A stretch of 64,000 nucleotides of DNA, taken from the IMG/VR virus record IMGVR_UViG_3300043432_000484, positions 1-64,000 of that record. The stretch is one strand, 5' to 3'. The position numbers and the translations under genes were made by a program. Positions within the stretch are counted from its first letter, which is position 1. Each line of letters begins with the position of its first letter. Below the pieces are notes generated by a model, which did no database searches, was not told the DNA's origin, and saw nothing but the letters and a program-made list of their open reading frames with translations. The DNA is from a virus. Lineage: Duplodnaviria > Caudoviricetes. Below, one piece after another: positions 1-8,503 of the stretch.

Positions 1-1500
1 TTGTTCCAAATGCCCATCTAGTAGAAGCTTTCGGCCCTTTTTGTAGGCCTCCTCAGCCTCGTGGTAAAGTTTAGCAGCCTCATCATCCTCATCCTCGGAG
101 GCAGCCTTGAACTCGTCCTTGTGCTCCTCGGTCTGCTGCTTCCACTTCTTGGCGTCTTCCTCGCTCATGTCCTTGGTAGGATCAGCGGGCTTGCCTTCCT
201 CGAAGCGGGATTCCTTGGAGTCAGTCGCCACATCTTCTGCAGCTGACTTTTTGCCTCCCGCCATTTTCATGTCGCGAGCCAACACTTCCATGGTGCTGGC
301 AATCACTCCCATGTAACGGTCAGCGTCATTCCACTCCCCGCGAGCACGCTTGGCAAGCTCGTAGACCTTGTCCGGCATACCTGCCAGAGGCCCAATGCCC
401 GCCACCGCTCCGACACACATGTCTTCAAGAGTTTGGCTGATGGGGCGCGTCTCACCGCGGCAGTCGTACAGGTTGTCTGCAGACTGAATGAGGGCTGCGA
501 TCACGTCCTTGGGCTCGATCCCTTCACCATGGAGGCGGTTCCGAATCTTCAAGGGCGCTGCCGTCTTCTCGGTCACGTCCATGGTGTCAGCCAGCACTCG
601 GCGAAGCGCGGCTGCCAAGGTGAGGCGGCTCGGGCGATTCTGAGGGTCAGAGTTGTCCAGCAAGCTCGCCGAAAGGGAGCGCAGCACCCCAGCGATCTCT
701 TTCTTGGCGGAAGCGGTCTTGGTGTTACCGGGACCTTCCAAGCCCGAGATCAATCCGGCTAGTTCCGTTGTATCGATTTGCCCCGTAGCGTCGATGGACG
801 CTGCAAGACGCTCCAGTTGTGCTGCTGCTTCTTGAACTTTCATTGGTGACTCCGATGCCTGTTTGAGACTTCTCTTTTGTGTCGAGAACCAGGCCTCCAT
901 GGCCTCCTCAACGTGATCAATCCATTCCCCGATGTCCACACCGTCCGGCTTGTAGAGGCTCAGCTTGCTCGCCAAACTTCCACTACCGTTGCCGGCACGC
1001 ATGCGGGCCAGCTCCATCATCAACTCCGTTACCGCTTCCTCAAGAGCGCCCAGAGTGTCGTGCCGCAGTGCGGGCAGCAACACTGACTTGAACGCGCTGT
1101 CAGAACGATCCGACATGATGGCCACACGGGAAGAAGCTTCCTTGTTCTCATAGCGCTGTACGCGTCGAACCCGGACTTCGTCCAAAGCGGCTTCCAGTTG
1201 ATCGGCCTTCTCGGGCCTAAGGTCATCCTTGATCTCTTCGTAGTCCCACTTGGCAGCCGCCATAGCAGCTGCATTCAGGGCCTTATCCATCTTCATCAAG
1301 GTGTCAGGAATCCCATAAATCAGGTGACCCGCTACCTCGAAAAAGTGATCTCGATGCTCCGAGACATCGATGAGACCCACAACCTCATCGATGTACTTCT
1401 TGAGCTGAGCGCAACGAAGCCGGGCATCTCCCAGCTCCTCTAGCAGGAAGACAGAGATCCCCGATGCTTCTTTGGTGGATGTGCGGGGGTTTTCTTTCAC
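1..1500 (-). CDS. Large head-associated hypothetical protein, partial (runs off the left edge); modular, polyprotein-like
   Basis: Missing from the ORF track because it has no stop in the window. Manual translation from GTG 1500 gives MKENPRTSTKEASGISVFLLEELGD...LKQASESPMKVQEAAAQ...KESRFEEGKPADPTKDMSEEDAKKWK..., open to position 1. A late-type motif lies 14 nt upstream. Confidence 0.8.
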   Translation of the reverse strand, partial: MKENPRTSTKEASGISVFLLEELGDARLRCAQLKKYIDEVVGLIDVSEHRDHFFEVAGHLIYGIPDTLMKMDKALNAAAMAAAKWDYEEIKDDLRPEKADQLEAALDEVRVRRVQRYENKEASSRVAIMSDRSDSAFKSVLLPALRHDTLGALEEAVTELMMELARMRAGNGSGSLASKLSLYKPDGVDIGEWIDHVEEAMEAWFSTQKRSLKQASESPMKVQEAAAQLERLAASIDATGQIDTTELAGLISGLEGPGNTKTASAKKEIAGVLRSLSASLLDNSDPQNRPSRLTLAAALRRVLADTMDVTEKTAAPLKIRNRLHGEGIEPKDVIAALIQSADNLYDCRGETRPISQTLEDMCVGAVAGIGPLAGMPDKVYELAKRARGEWNDADRYMGVIASTMEVLARDMKMAGGKKSAAEDVATDSKESRFEEGKPADPTKDMSEEDAKKWKQQTEEHKDEFKAASEDEDDEAAKLYHEAEEAYKKGRKLLLDGHLEQ

Positions 1501-1534
1501 GTGGGAGCGATCTCACAAGAGAAAACCCAACCCG

Positions 1535-2653
1535 TCACGCAGAGAATGCCTGTGGGAACTCCGCTACCAGCTGAGCCTTGAACTCGTCAGACTCAGCGGC
1601 GAACACAGCCCGGAGTACGTCCGGACGATCTTCGAAGTCCGCCTGCAGGCGCGCGAGCTTCTTCTTGGGTGAGGCTGAAAAGTCGTAAGAAGATGGAAAA
1701 TCCGGGCACCACGCCTGAGCGATCCGGAGCCGGATGTCCGGGGAGACTTCCGGGGTCTGCACCGCGGCAGCGCGGGGACGCGGCGTATGGGTCTGGTCCG
1801 GGACGTTCGTGTTCGAGAACGTGATGCCATCCTCCACGCGAGTCGTCTTGACGTCACTGGACTTGATCTTGGCAACCACCGGGCCGTCGTCACCGATCTC
1901 GGTTCCGCCGCCAACGCTCTGGGTCACCTTCATGCCCTCGGTGTTCTTGACACCTTGCTTCTTGACCTTGCCAACCACCGGCGGCGCGGCGCCGCGATCG
2001 GAACCTGGGAGCCCGTTCTTGATCGCCGCCTTCTTGGCCAAGTATCGCTCACGCTCTTCCTCTGGCATGCGATCCAGCAGGTCCTCTGCAGTGACCCCCT
2101 GACCTGGAGTGATTGGAGCCGGTTCGGCTGCTTCGCGCAACGCGGTGCCAGCCGATGAAGCGGTCAGCTCGGTGCGCGAGTGACTCGGAGTCTTCAGTGA
2201 GCGAACCGCTACGCCCTCTTGCCCGCCCGACGTGGTAACGGCAACCTTCTTGAAGCCGTTCTGCTCCTTGGTAGAAGCGGCGTGCTGTTTGCTGCTCATC
2301 ACGACACGCTCGTCCGCCTCAGCAACCGTAGAAACGGTGCGGGTCTGATGGGCTGAGCTACCATCCATTCCGGTGGTGATGGCAACTGCTGGCCGAACTT
2401 GGATCTGGGCCGAAGCACGGACCCCGTACTCCGGGTTGCCCTCTTCGTAGTCCTCAGTCAGAACGATCCACCCTGTGGACAGGGCGCCGCGGAGCTGTGG
2501 AAACGGGTAAGTGGCGCCCGCGTACAACACGGTGCTTCCATCGAACTCTAGTTCTGAATCCTTGGCAACCTTCATCCCAGAGGTACCTAGAACGAAGCTA
2601 CGGGTAGCAGTGAATGAGAGGAAGTTGCCTGTGGCGAATTTGATCTGGCTCAT
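1535..2653 (-). CDS. Hypothetical protein (372 aa), probably virion-associated
   Basis: Long ORF downstream of the capsid operon, with GGAG RBS and a late-type motif upstream. Confidence 0.75.
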   Translation of the reverse strand: MSQIKFATGNFLSFTATRSFVLGTSGMKVAKDSELEFDGSTVLYAGATYPFPQLRGALSTGWIVLTEDYEEGNPEYGVRASAQIQVRPAVAITTGMDGSSAHQTRTVSTVAEADERVVMSSKQHAASTKEQNGFKKVAVTTSGGQEGVAVRSLKTPSHSRTELTASSAGTALREAAEPAPITPGQGVTAEDLLDRMPEEERERYLAKKAAIKNGLPGSDRGAAPPVVGKVKKQGVKNTEGMKVTQSVGGGTEIGDDGPVVAKIKSSDVKTTRVEDGITFSNTNVPDQTHTPRPRAAAVQTPEVSPDIRLRIAQAWCPDFPSSYDFSASPKKKLARLQADFEDRPDVLRAVFAAESDEFKAQLVAEFPQAFSA

Positions 2654-2735
2654 TTTTGATCTCCATCGGGGAAGGTCCCCCTCTTATGCGAAAGCATAGA
2701 TAAAACCGCAATTCCACTTATGAGATCACAGATGC

Positions 2736-3269
2736 ATGGGAATTCATGATTCAGAGGCCTACCTCCTATGCCTCAAATGTAAAGAAATGCTACCTGAAGC
2801 CAGGTTCAACAAGAACAGGGCACGAAAAAATGGCCTGAGTGCATGGTGCAAGGCATGCTGGGCAAAGAAAAGGGACAACGAGGAGGCCCGTGAGTACAGG
2901 AAAAAGAAAGCCAGTGAGTGGTATGAAAAAAATTCAGAAAGGGCCAAGAATTACACTATTGTCAGGAATCGAGAGCTTCGACTTCAGGCGTTAAAAGCAT
3001 ACAGCGGGGAAATACCTAGCTGTGCATGTTGTGGGGAATTAGAGATACCATTTCTGGCTCTGGACCACATGGACGGCAAAGGTGCAGAACACCGCCGACA
3101 AATTGGTACCAGTATATACTACTGGACAAAAATTAATGGATATCCGCCAGGGTTTCAAGTCCTGTGCCACAACTGCAATTTAGCTAAAGGTTTCTACGGG
3201 ATTTGCCCACATGAAACTAAGAACGCTCAAGGGACTGGAGAACCTGCTTCAACACGTGGATCTCACTAG
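2736..3269 (+). CDS. HNH homing endonuclease
   Basis: N-terminal CxxC...CxxC zinc ribbon; CACCG...LALDH...LCHNCN HNH core; AT-rich and opposite in orientation to its neighbours. Confidence 0.8.
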   Translation: MGIHDSEAYLLCLKCKEMLPEARFNKNRARKNGLSAWCKACWAKKRDNEEAREYRKKKASEWYEKNSERAKNYTIVRNRELRLQALKAYSGEIPSCACCGELEIPFLALDHMDGKGAEHRRQIGTSIYYWTKINGYPPGFQVLCHNCNLAKGFYGICPHETKNAQGTGEPASTRGSH

Positions 3270-4080
3270 GGCTCCACCGGCGCATGAACTCGGGCTGTGT
3301 TGTCTCCTGCCTAAGCATGTCGATTACGCCCTGTAGTTTGGCTGGCTCCTTGATGGCCCGAATCCGAACCCTAAGGGAAATCAGCATCTTGGTGAATTTG
3401 GCCACAGCGTCTCCTGGGGCCTTATCGTAAGACTCATACATCCGCATGCGGGCGCGACCAATGGGATCCTTAGATGCGGGGACCGGCTTCTGGCGCTTCT
3501 CCTGCTTCTTCTTTTCAGCTTCTTGGCGCTTCTTGGCCGCCTCTTCTTCACGCTTACGCTGTCTCTCCTCGGCACGCTGACGGTCATCACGCTCTTGGCG
3601 TTCTTGCCTTCTACGCCTCTCTTCGTCATCTCTAGGGTCCCTCTTATAGGGGCCAGCACCTTGCCAAGGAGGAGGATTTTGAGGCCTTGGAGGAGGGGTT
3701 CTGAAGTCATACGTGGCAGGTTTAGCCTTGCCCGTCAGGATATCGTAGGCCTCATTGACCTCTCGCATCGCATCCGGAGAACCACCGCGATCCGGGTGAG
3801 CCGCCAAGGACTTCATCCGGTAGATTCTCTTCAACTCATCGGGGGTAGGATTGACCCCCGGGGGCAGGCCCAGAATCTGACGCGCTTTTTCCAGGGTAAT
3901 GGAGGAACGAGCAGCTGTCTTCCCTGTCAGTTTGTTGTACTGATCCGCTAGCTTGTTACGGGTTAGGATGTACCCGCGGCGGCGGCTAAGATCAGTGCAC
4001 CACTTGATCTGATTGTCAAGCTTCTTGATCCGATCCAGAAGATCTTTTGAAGTCTCAAGCTGCCTGGGTTCGGAGGCCAT
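3217..4080 (-). CDS. DnaJ (J-domain) protein
   Basis: ARQILGL...DELKRIYRMKSLAAHPDRGGSPDAMREVNEAYDIL with intact HPD motif, followed by a charged coiled coil. Confidence 0.85.
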   Translation of the reverse strand: MASEPRQLETSKDLLDRIKKLDNQIKWCTDLSRRRGYILTRNKLADQYNKLTGKTAARSSITLEKARQILGLPPGVNPTPDELKRIYRMKSLAAHPDRGGSPDAMREVNEAYDILTGKAKPATYDFRTPPPRPQNPPPWQGAGPYKRDPRDDEERRRRQERQERDDRQRAEERQRKREEEAAKKRQEAEKKKQEKRQKPVPASKDPIGRARMRMYESYDKAPGDAVAKFTKMLISLRVRIRAIKEPAKLQGVIDMLRQETTQPEFMRRWSPSEIHVLKQVLQSLERS

Positions 4081-4138
4081 GTACTAGGGGCACGATAAGA
4101 GCCCTATCACCAGGTTCCCCTTCTAGTAACACAGCAGT

Positions 4139-4321
4139 ATGCTAATCAATCTGATTGTTCTCGTCTTGGTCGTGTACCTGGTCATCATGCTGGTGAACTC
4201 AATCCCCCGGCTGAATGTCAGCGGTCCTCTCGCCCCAGTGATCTGGGTCGTACTCCTTCTACTGGTCCTAGGTGTGTTCGGAGTCTACGGGGGAGGGTTT
4301 CACATGGTGGGGTGGCGCTAA
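4139..4321 (+). CDS. Small two-TM membrane protein (60 aa)
   Basis: Two long hydrophobic stretches; fills the gap between flanking - strand genes. Confidence 0.65.
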   Translation: MLINLIVLVLVVYLVIMLVNSIPRLNVSGPLAPVIWVVLLLLVLGVFGVYGGGFHMVGWR

Positions 4322-5217
4322 TCATCGAGAGTGATTGGGTAGTAATCGTTCAAGCGAGGCCCCCCAACAGTGACTTGCATCTCGTTCACTAACCCCTGGA
4401 ACTCGTATCCCTTGGGGTCCAATCCCCCATAGACGGATGTCTGGTTCAGGAAGTTCATGGGGTGCTGCTGATCCACATACCCCCAGTGCCGGGCTGCCAA
4501 GTCATACCCCATGATTCGCTGAAGCTCTGGCTCGAATGTCCTGGCCACTTCCAGAGGAATGGCCAGGTACTGGTTCTCCTCTTGCCTCATCCAGCCTACG
4601 CAATACTGCAGGGACACCCCTGTTCTATACCCCTTCTTGCAGGCCCCGGCCCCGTGAATCAAGTTCCCCGCGTAAAGAAGGACCGAACCGGCTGGCATCT
4701 CGGCAACCTGCAACTCCTCCTTGCGAGGGCAACGGCTGTCATGCCACAGATGGCTGCCGGGCACGAACACAGTAGCTCCATTCTCTCGGGTGAAATATGT
4801 GCCTGCCCACATAGTGGCGATCACCACCGTAGGCCCAGGGTTGGGGAATGGGCTATTGTCCCTATGAAGGACCTGAGCTTTGGCACCCTCCATCACGTGC
4901 ATGACCCCGGTGAACAGCACCTGGTACGTCGGGCTCAGTGGAAGAAGGGTGGCATCCAATACAGGCAACACCGAATCACTGAGAACAATCTTTCGCACGG
5001 TAGGAATCCTGTGCAGCAACTTCCCGAACCGCACGGTGCGATCCCCCATGAAAGGGTTCCCGAAGTCGGGATTGGCCACGGACAACTCCGGCTGGATCTC
5101 CTGGAGCAGTTCACTGACAGTGTCTTGATGCAATACTGACTCGATGATCGCGTAACCATCCTGTTGGATGGCCTCAACGATCCTCTGGTTAGGGGTGTTG
5201 CGAGGGAACCGATTCAT
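4318..5217 (-). CDS. Phytanoyl-CoA dioxygenase (PhyH) family 2OG-Fe(II) dioxygenase
   Basis: DGYAIIE, QVLHRD (HxD), FTRENGATVFVPGSH, IHGAG, LRQEENQ-like WMRQEENQYL. Confidence 0.85.
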   Translation of the reverse strand: MNRFPRNTPNQRIVEAIQQDGYAIIESVLHQDTVSELLQEIQPELSVANPDFGNPFMGDRTVRFGKLLHRIPTVRKIVLSDSVLPVLDATLLPLSPTYQVLFTGVMHVMEGAKAQVLHRDNSPFPNPGPTVVIATMWAGTYFTRENGATVFVPGSHLWHDSRCPRKEELQVAEMPAGSVLLYAGNLIHGAGACKKGYRTGVSLQYCVGWMRQEENQYLAIPLEVARTFEPELQRIMGYDLAARHWGYVDQQHPMNFLNQTSVYGGLDPKGYEFQGLVNEMQVTVGGPRLNDYYPITLDD

Positions 5218-5273
5218 TGGGGGACTCTACACCGAAACCGCGGGGATGTGCACCTCCCCGGGACATCGATGCT

Positions 5274-5585
5274 TCAGTTCAAATCCGAATCCCCAACTCC
5301 ACTATGATGATTAGGGCAAGAGCATAGCAACCCTTCTTCTCCCAGCGGAGCCAAAATAGCCTCTGGCCCATCTATCACAATGGTATGCGTATCCGCATAG
5401 ACCTTGACTTCGGGATTTTCCTCTAGCACATCTGCCATATGCAGACACATAGAAGCGGCGATCTCGTAAAACTCAGCCTGATCGCGCAGCGCTTTAGCCT
5501 GGTCTCCGTGGGCCGCCCTGAGAGCGTGATTGAGGTCTGTACCCTGCTTGAACACAGGGAGATGTAGTTCGTAACTCTTTGGCAT
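5274..5585 (-). CDS. Hypothetical protein
   Basis: 103-aa ORF with AAGGA RBS. Confidence 0.7.
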   Translation of the reverse strand: MPKSYELHLPVFKQGTDLNHALRAAHGDQAKALRDQAEFYEIAASMCLHMADVLEENPEVKVYADTHTIVIDGPEAILAPLGEEGLLCSCPNHHSGVGDSDLN

Positions 5586-5626
5586 TTTGCTGATTTCCTT
5601 TACATTTTTGGTTTGAATAAGCTAAG

Positions 5627-6577
5627 CTAGTAAGTGTCCATCGGACGGCCTAGGCGGCGAGTGTGCTCGATGTCAAGTTTTTGCAAGTACCGCTCCACGG
5701 TACTGTACCCAACGCCAAGGACACGAGCGATACGGCGTATGGGCACACCCTGAGCCGCCATCTCTCTTAGTGCCGCCTCAGGGAGCTTCTGGCGGACTTG
5801 ATAGTGTGGACCTTGATAATCAAAGGCTAGTTTGTACTGCATGCATTCGGGTATGTGAGGTGCCACCAAGTCAATGAAGTACTGAGCCTGGCTCTCGCCT
5901 TCGAAGATGAGAGAGCCTGTTAGTCCTTTCTTCAACGACCAACGAGGCTCAAGACCTAGGCGTGAAAACAACTCTTGGGCGATGAACCTGCTACTCTCAT
6001 CAAGCCCAAACGAGATCTCCGGCCACCATGCGGCGCAACCGTCGTCCATGTACCAAATCGCCAGCTCAAAGGCCCCGAAGTCTAAGTCAGCCACGCCATT
6101 ACGAAGGTGCTTAGGCCCTTTGGCATCATAGAATCTCGCGTGCCATTCGTTTAGAGCGGGGTGGCACACAGTTTCGAAACGCCAGCCAGGGAAGACTTGG
6201 CCGTCCAACTCCCAATTGACAGGCTGCAGCTCATTCTTGGACCAAGCGCCCCATTGCTGACGCTTCCACTCTAGGTACTCCCGCTGCGCGTCGCAGTGGT
6301 TTTCCATGTAACGAGTACTCTTGGCATGGCGACTAAGCCGACCGTCGCCGAGCATGGACCCAATGAGCAACGATTGAAGCTTGCCTTCGATTGGCGGCAC
6401 ATCGTGACGCATTGTCAAGTGGATCGTCTCGATCCCGTAACGAGTTCTCCACCTGAAAACATGTTTCGGGGTTGTGCCATTTCCTAGGCGTTCCGCGATT
6501 TGACGATCAGTCAGCTTCTCTGTCGCGTACAGACGGTGAAGCTCATCGGATGATATTGGGCAGATGACTGCTTTCAT
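5627..6577 (-). CDS. Free-standing LAGLIDADG homing endonuclease with N- and C-terminal HTH
   Basis: LIGSMLGDG and LAIWYMDDG motifs; HTH-like LTDRQIAERLG and PIRRIARVLGVG; start moved to ATG 6577, 7 nt after TTGCCT-N16-TACGCT. Confidence 0.85.
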   Translation of the reverse strand: MKAVICPISSDELHRLYATEKLTDRQIAERLGNGTTPKHVFRWRTRYGIETIHLTMRHDVPPIEGKLQSLLIGSMLGDGRLSRHAKSTRYMENHCDAQREYLEWKRQQWGAWSKNELQPVNWELDGQVFPGWRFETVCHPALNEWHARFYDAKGPKHLRNGVADLDFGAFELAIWYMDDGCAAWWPEISFGLDESSRFIAQELFSRLGLEPRWSLKKGLTGSLIFEGESQAQYFIDLVAPHIPECMQYKLAFDYQGPHYQVRQKLPEAALREMAAQGVPIRRIARVLGVGYSTVERYLQKLDIEHTRRLGRPMDTY

Positions 6578-6675
6578 GCCGATTAGCGTAGTGCCGAGTA
6601 ACGAAAAGGCAAGCAAAAATCATAGGTTTCAGCTGTTTAGAGATAAGAGTGAATCGGCGCCTTTGGCGGTTAAAC

Positions 6676-6708
6676 TCAAAAGCCGAGCTGATCAGGCTCG
6701 GCTTTTGA
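6676..6708. terminator. Bidirectional intrinsic terminator
   Basis: TCAAAAGCCGAGC-7 nt-GCTCGGCTTTTGA perfect inverted repeat downstream of the capsid gene. Confidence 0.8.
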
Positions 6709-6736
6709 CGTTGTACTTATCATTGGGTTAAGAAAC

Positions 6737-6811
6737 GCTGGAGTAGCTCAGACTGGATAGAGTCAGGTAGTGCTAATACCTGCGTCGCGGGTTCGAGTCC
6801 CGCCTCCAGCG
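6737..6811 (+). tRNA. tRNA with GCT anticodon (nominal Ser), non-canonical short variable loop
   Basis: Acceptor GCTGGAG/CTCCAGC, D arm GCTC/GAGT, anticodon stem AGGTA/TACCT with loop GTGCTAA, variable loop GCGTC, T arm GCGGG-TTCGAGT-CCCGC, discriminator G, no encoded CCA. Confidence 0.85.
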
Positions 6812-6873
6812 CGTCTTACACCGACCGAGGGCCGATCACCATCACTGGGATCGGCCCTTAGCCGTTATGGTGC

Positions 6874-7752
6874 TCAGACGCGGGTGATAACCACGCGGGT
6901 CATGCCGCGGGGGTTAAACGCACCAATGCCGAGATTTTCAAAACAGGAAAAACCGATTGTCCTGGCTTTCGGGTCGTCAGCCGACAATACAGTAATTTCC
7001 GTTCTGACCGGGATACGACCGAACTGCTCGGGCTCGCAGCACACGTAGGCGAAGCCAGCCGGAACCAACCGCGACGTGATGATCTGAGCGCCCCACAGAA
7101 CAGCCATGAGGCCGGTCTTGAGCAAGGACGCCTGGGTCTCGATGTCGAGGATGTCACGACCGAACTTACGGATGTCAGCGTAGTCCACCGCGTTCATGTA
7201 GATGCGAGCCACGCGCAAGTCGTGACGCTCCACCTCAGCAAACGCATCGGCCAACACTGCGGGCGAGATCGGCGCAACCACCGGCACGTCCGGGTTGGTC
7301 TGGCCGGGCAGCGTGTCGAAACCAGAGACAGCGATGCTGTCCATGATCGCGAACGTGCGCTCGTCTTCAGCGGCCTGGATCTGAGCCTTCGCCAGATCCT
7401 GAGCGCGCTCGATCAGATCGAACCGACGCTCCTTGATCTGAGTCAGGGGGATCTCAGGGTTCGAGGCGATCTCGAACAAGGGGAAGATCACGCGGCGTGG
7501 CTTCTGGATCGCGAGGATGTTTTCACCCTCTTCACCAACCACGAACGCCGTGACGTCCGGATCCTTGTCGTAGATCGGCAACGCGCCGTCGGGCAACTGC
7601 TCGACCAGGAAGGTCTTACGACCAACCGCCGAGTAATCGCGACGCAGACGCAAAGGTTGAATCATCGAAGCGGCGAGCTTCGCGCGGCCAGCAGCGGTCT
7701 TGATGTACTCGCTGATTACCTGTTGTTTAACTTCGTTGGATACTTGTCCCAT
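6874..7752 (-). CDS. Major capsid protein (HK97 fold, inferred)
   Basis: 292 aa, strongly biased codons, last gene of the protease-scaffold-decoration run; RKTFLVEQLPDGALPIYD, AQIQAAED, C-terminal GIGAFNPRG. Confidence 0.8.
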   Translation of the reverse strand: MGQVSNEVKQQVISEYIKTAAGRAKLAASMIQPLRLRRDYSAVGRKTFLVEQLPDGALPIYDKDPDVTAFVVGEEGENILAIQKPRRVIFPLFEIASNPEIPLTQIKERRFDLIERAQDLAKAQIQAAEDERTFAIMDSIAVSGFDTLPGQTNPDVPVVAPISPAVLADAFAEVERHDLRVARIYMNAVDYADIRKFGRDILDIETQASLLKTGLMAVLWGAQIITSRLVPAGFAYVCCEPEQFGRIPVRTEITVLSADDPKARTIGFSCFENLGIGAFNPRGMTRVVITRV

Positions 7753-7790
7753 GGCTTTTTCCTTAGCTCCTTGTCTTTCTTGCCTGAGGC

Positions 7791-8399
7791 TCAGACCCGG
7801 AGGTCCAATACTAGGAGTGAGGAGTTGGCGTCGGGGGCGACCTTGACGATGCCCATTAGGGTGTTGTTTGCGGGAGTGGCACTTTCATAGCCATCCGCAC
7901 CAACGTTTGTCAGCAAGCCATTTGACGAAGCGTAGAGCTTGTCTCCAACTGCGTACGTCAGTGCAGCGTTGGTGGCGAGATTCTTCGTCTCGTAAACCGA
8001 GACGCCAACGCAACCGCCGTAGCACAGGTACGGAGCACGTCCCGAGGCGGGGCCTGGGGTGTTCTCGAACGCATTGCCGATAGCGTCGTTGATGAAGATA
8101 CCAAGGGGCATCACACCAGCCGTATGGGCTGCTGGAGTTGCTCCGCCAATGTAGTTGTTGCCGACATCCGGACGCGTGAAGCATACGGAACCGCCGAGCA
8201 CACCCACTTTGGTGATCCCCGCGAGGGTGGTTGATTTGTTGGACAAAGTCGCGGCGGATCCGGGAGGATTGGCCTGTGTGAAACCGTCCGGAGATAGCAG
8301 ACCGACGCTGTTGCGGGTCACTACGTGGAGGATTTGCACACGACCAGAGGTCTCACGAAAATCACCTGAGCTTTGGCCGCCGATTGCGAATGACGTCAT
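7791..8399 (-). CDS. Capsid decoration/cement protein
   Basis: Directly upstream of the MCP; Gly/Ala/Thr-rich; TYAVGDKLYASSNGLLT motif typical of decoration proteins. Confidence 0.65.
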   Translation of the reverse strand: MTSFAIGGQSSGDFRETSGRVQILHVVTRNSVGLLSPDGFTQANPPGSAATLSNKSTTLAGITKVGVLGGSVCFTRPDVGNNYIGGATPAAHTAGVMPLGIFINDAIGNAFENTPGPASGRAPYLCYGGCVGVSVYETKNLATNAALTYAVGDKLYASSNGLLTNVGADGYESATPANNTLMGIVKVAPDANSSLLVLDLRV

Positions 8400-8503
8400 G
8401 ATTGACTTTTCTCCTGAACGGGCGTGAAAGACTTGGTGCTGTACATCTGATTTGATCTGTCATCACTAGGCCCCGTATAAGGAGCCTAGTGATGAAAACG
8501 TCT

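Noticed and set aside
6770-6776. Reading the tRNA as an amber suppressor (CTA) or as Ala (TGC), implying stop-codon recoding
   Set aside because: The 7-nt loop register with U33 gives GCT. TAG ends intact genes such as the portal, terL and groEL, and ORFs are not fragmented under code 11.
6737-6811. tRNA as an attP/attB integration site, or the window as a prophage
   Set aside because: No integrase, duplicated tRNA 3' end or host-type flanking genes are visible.
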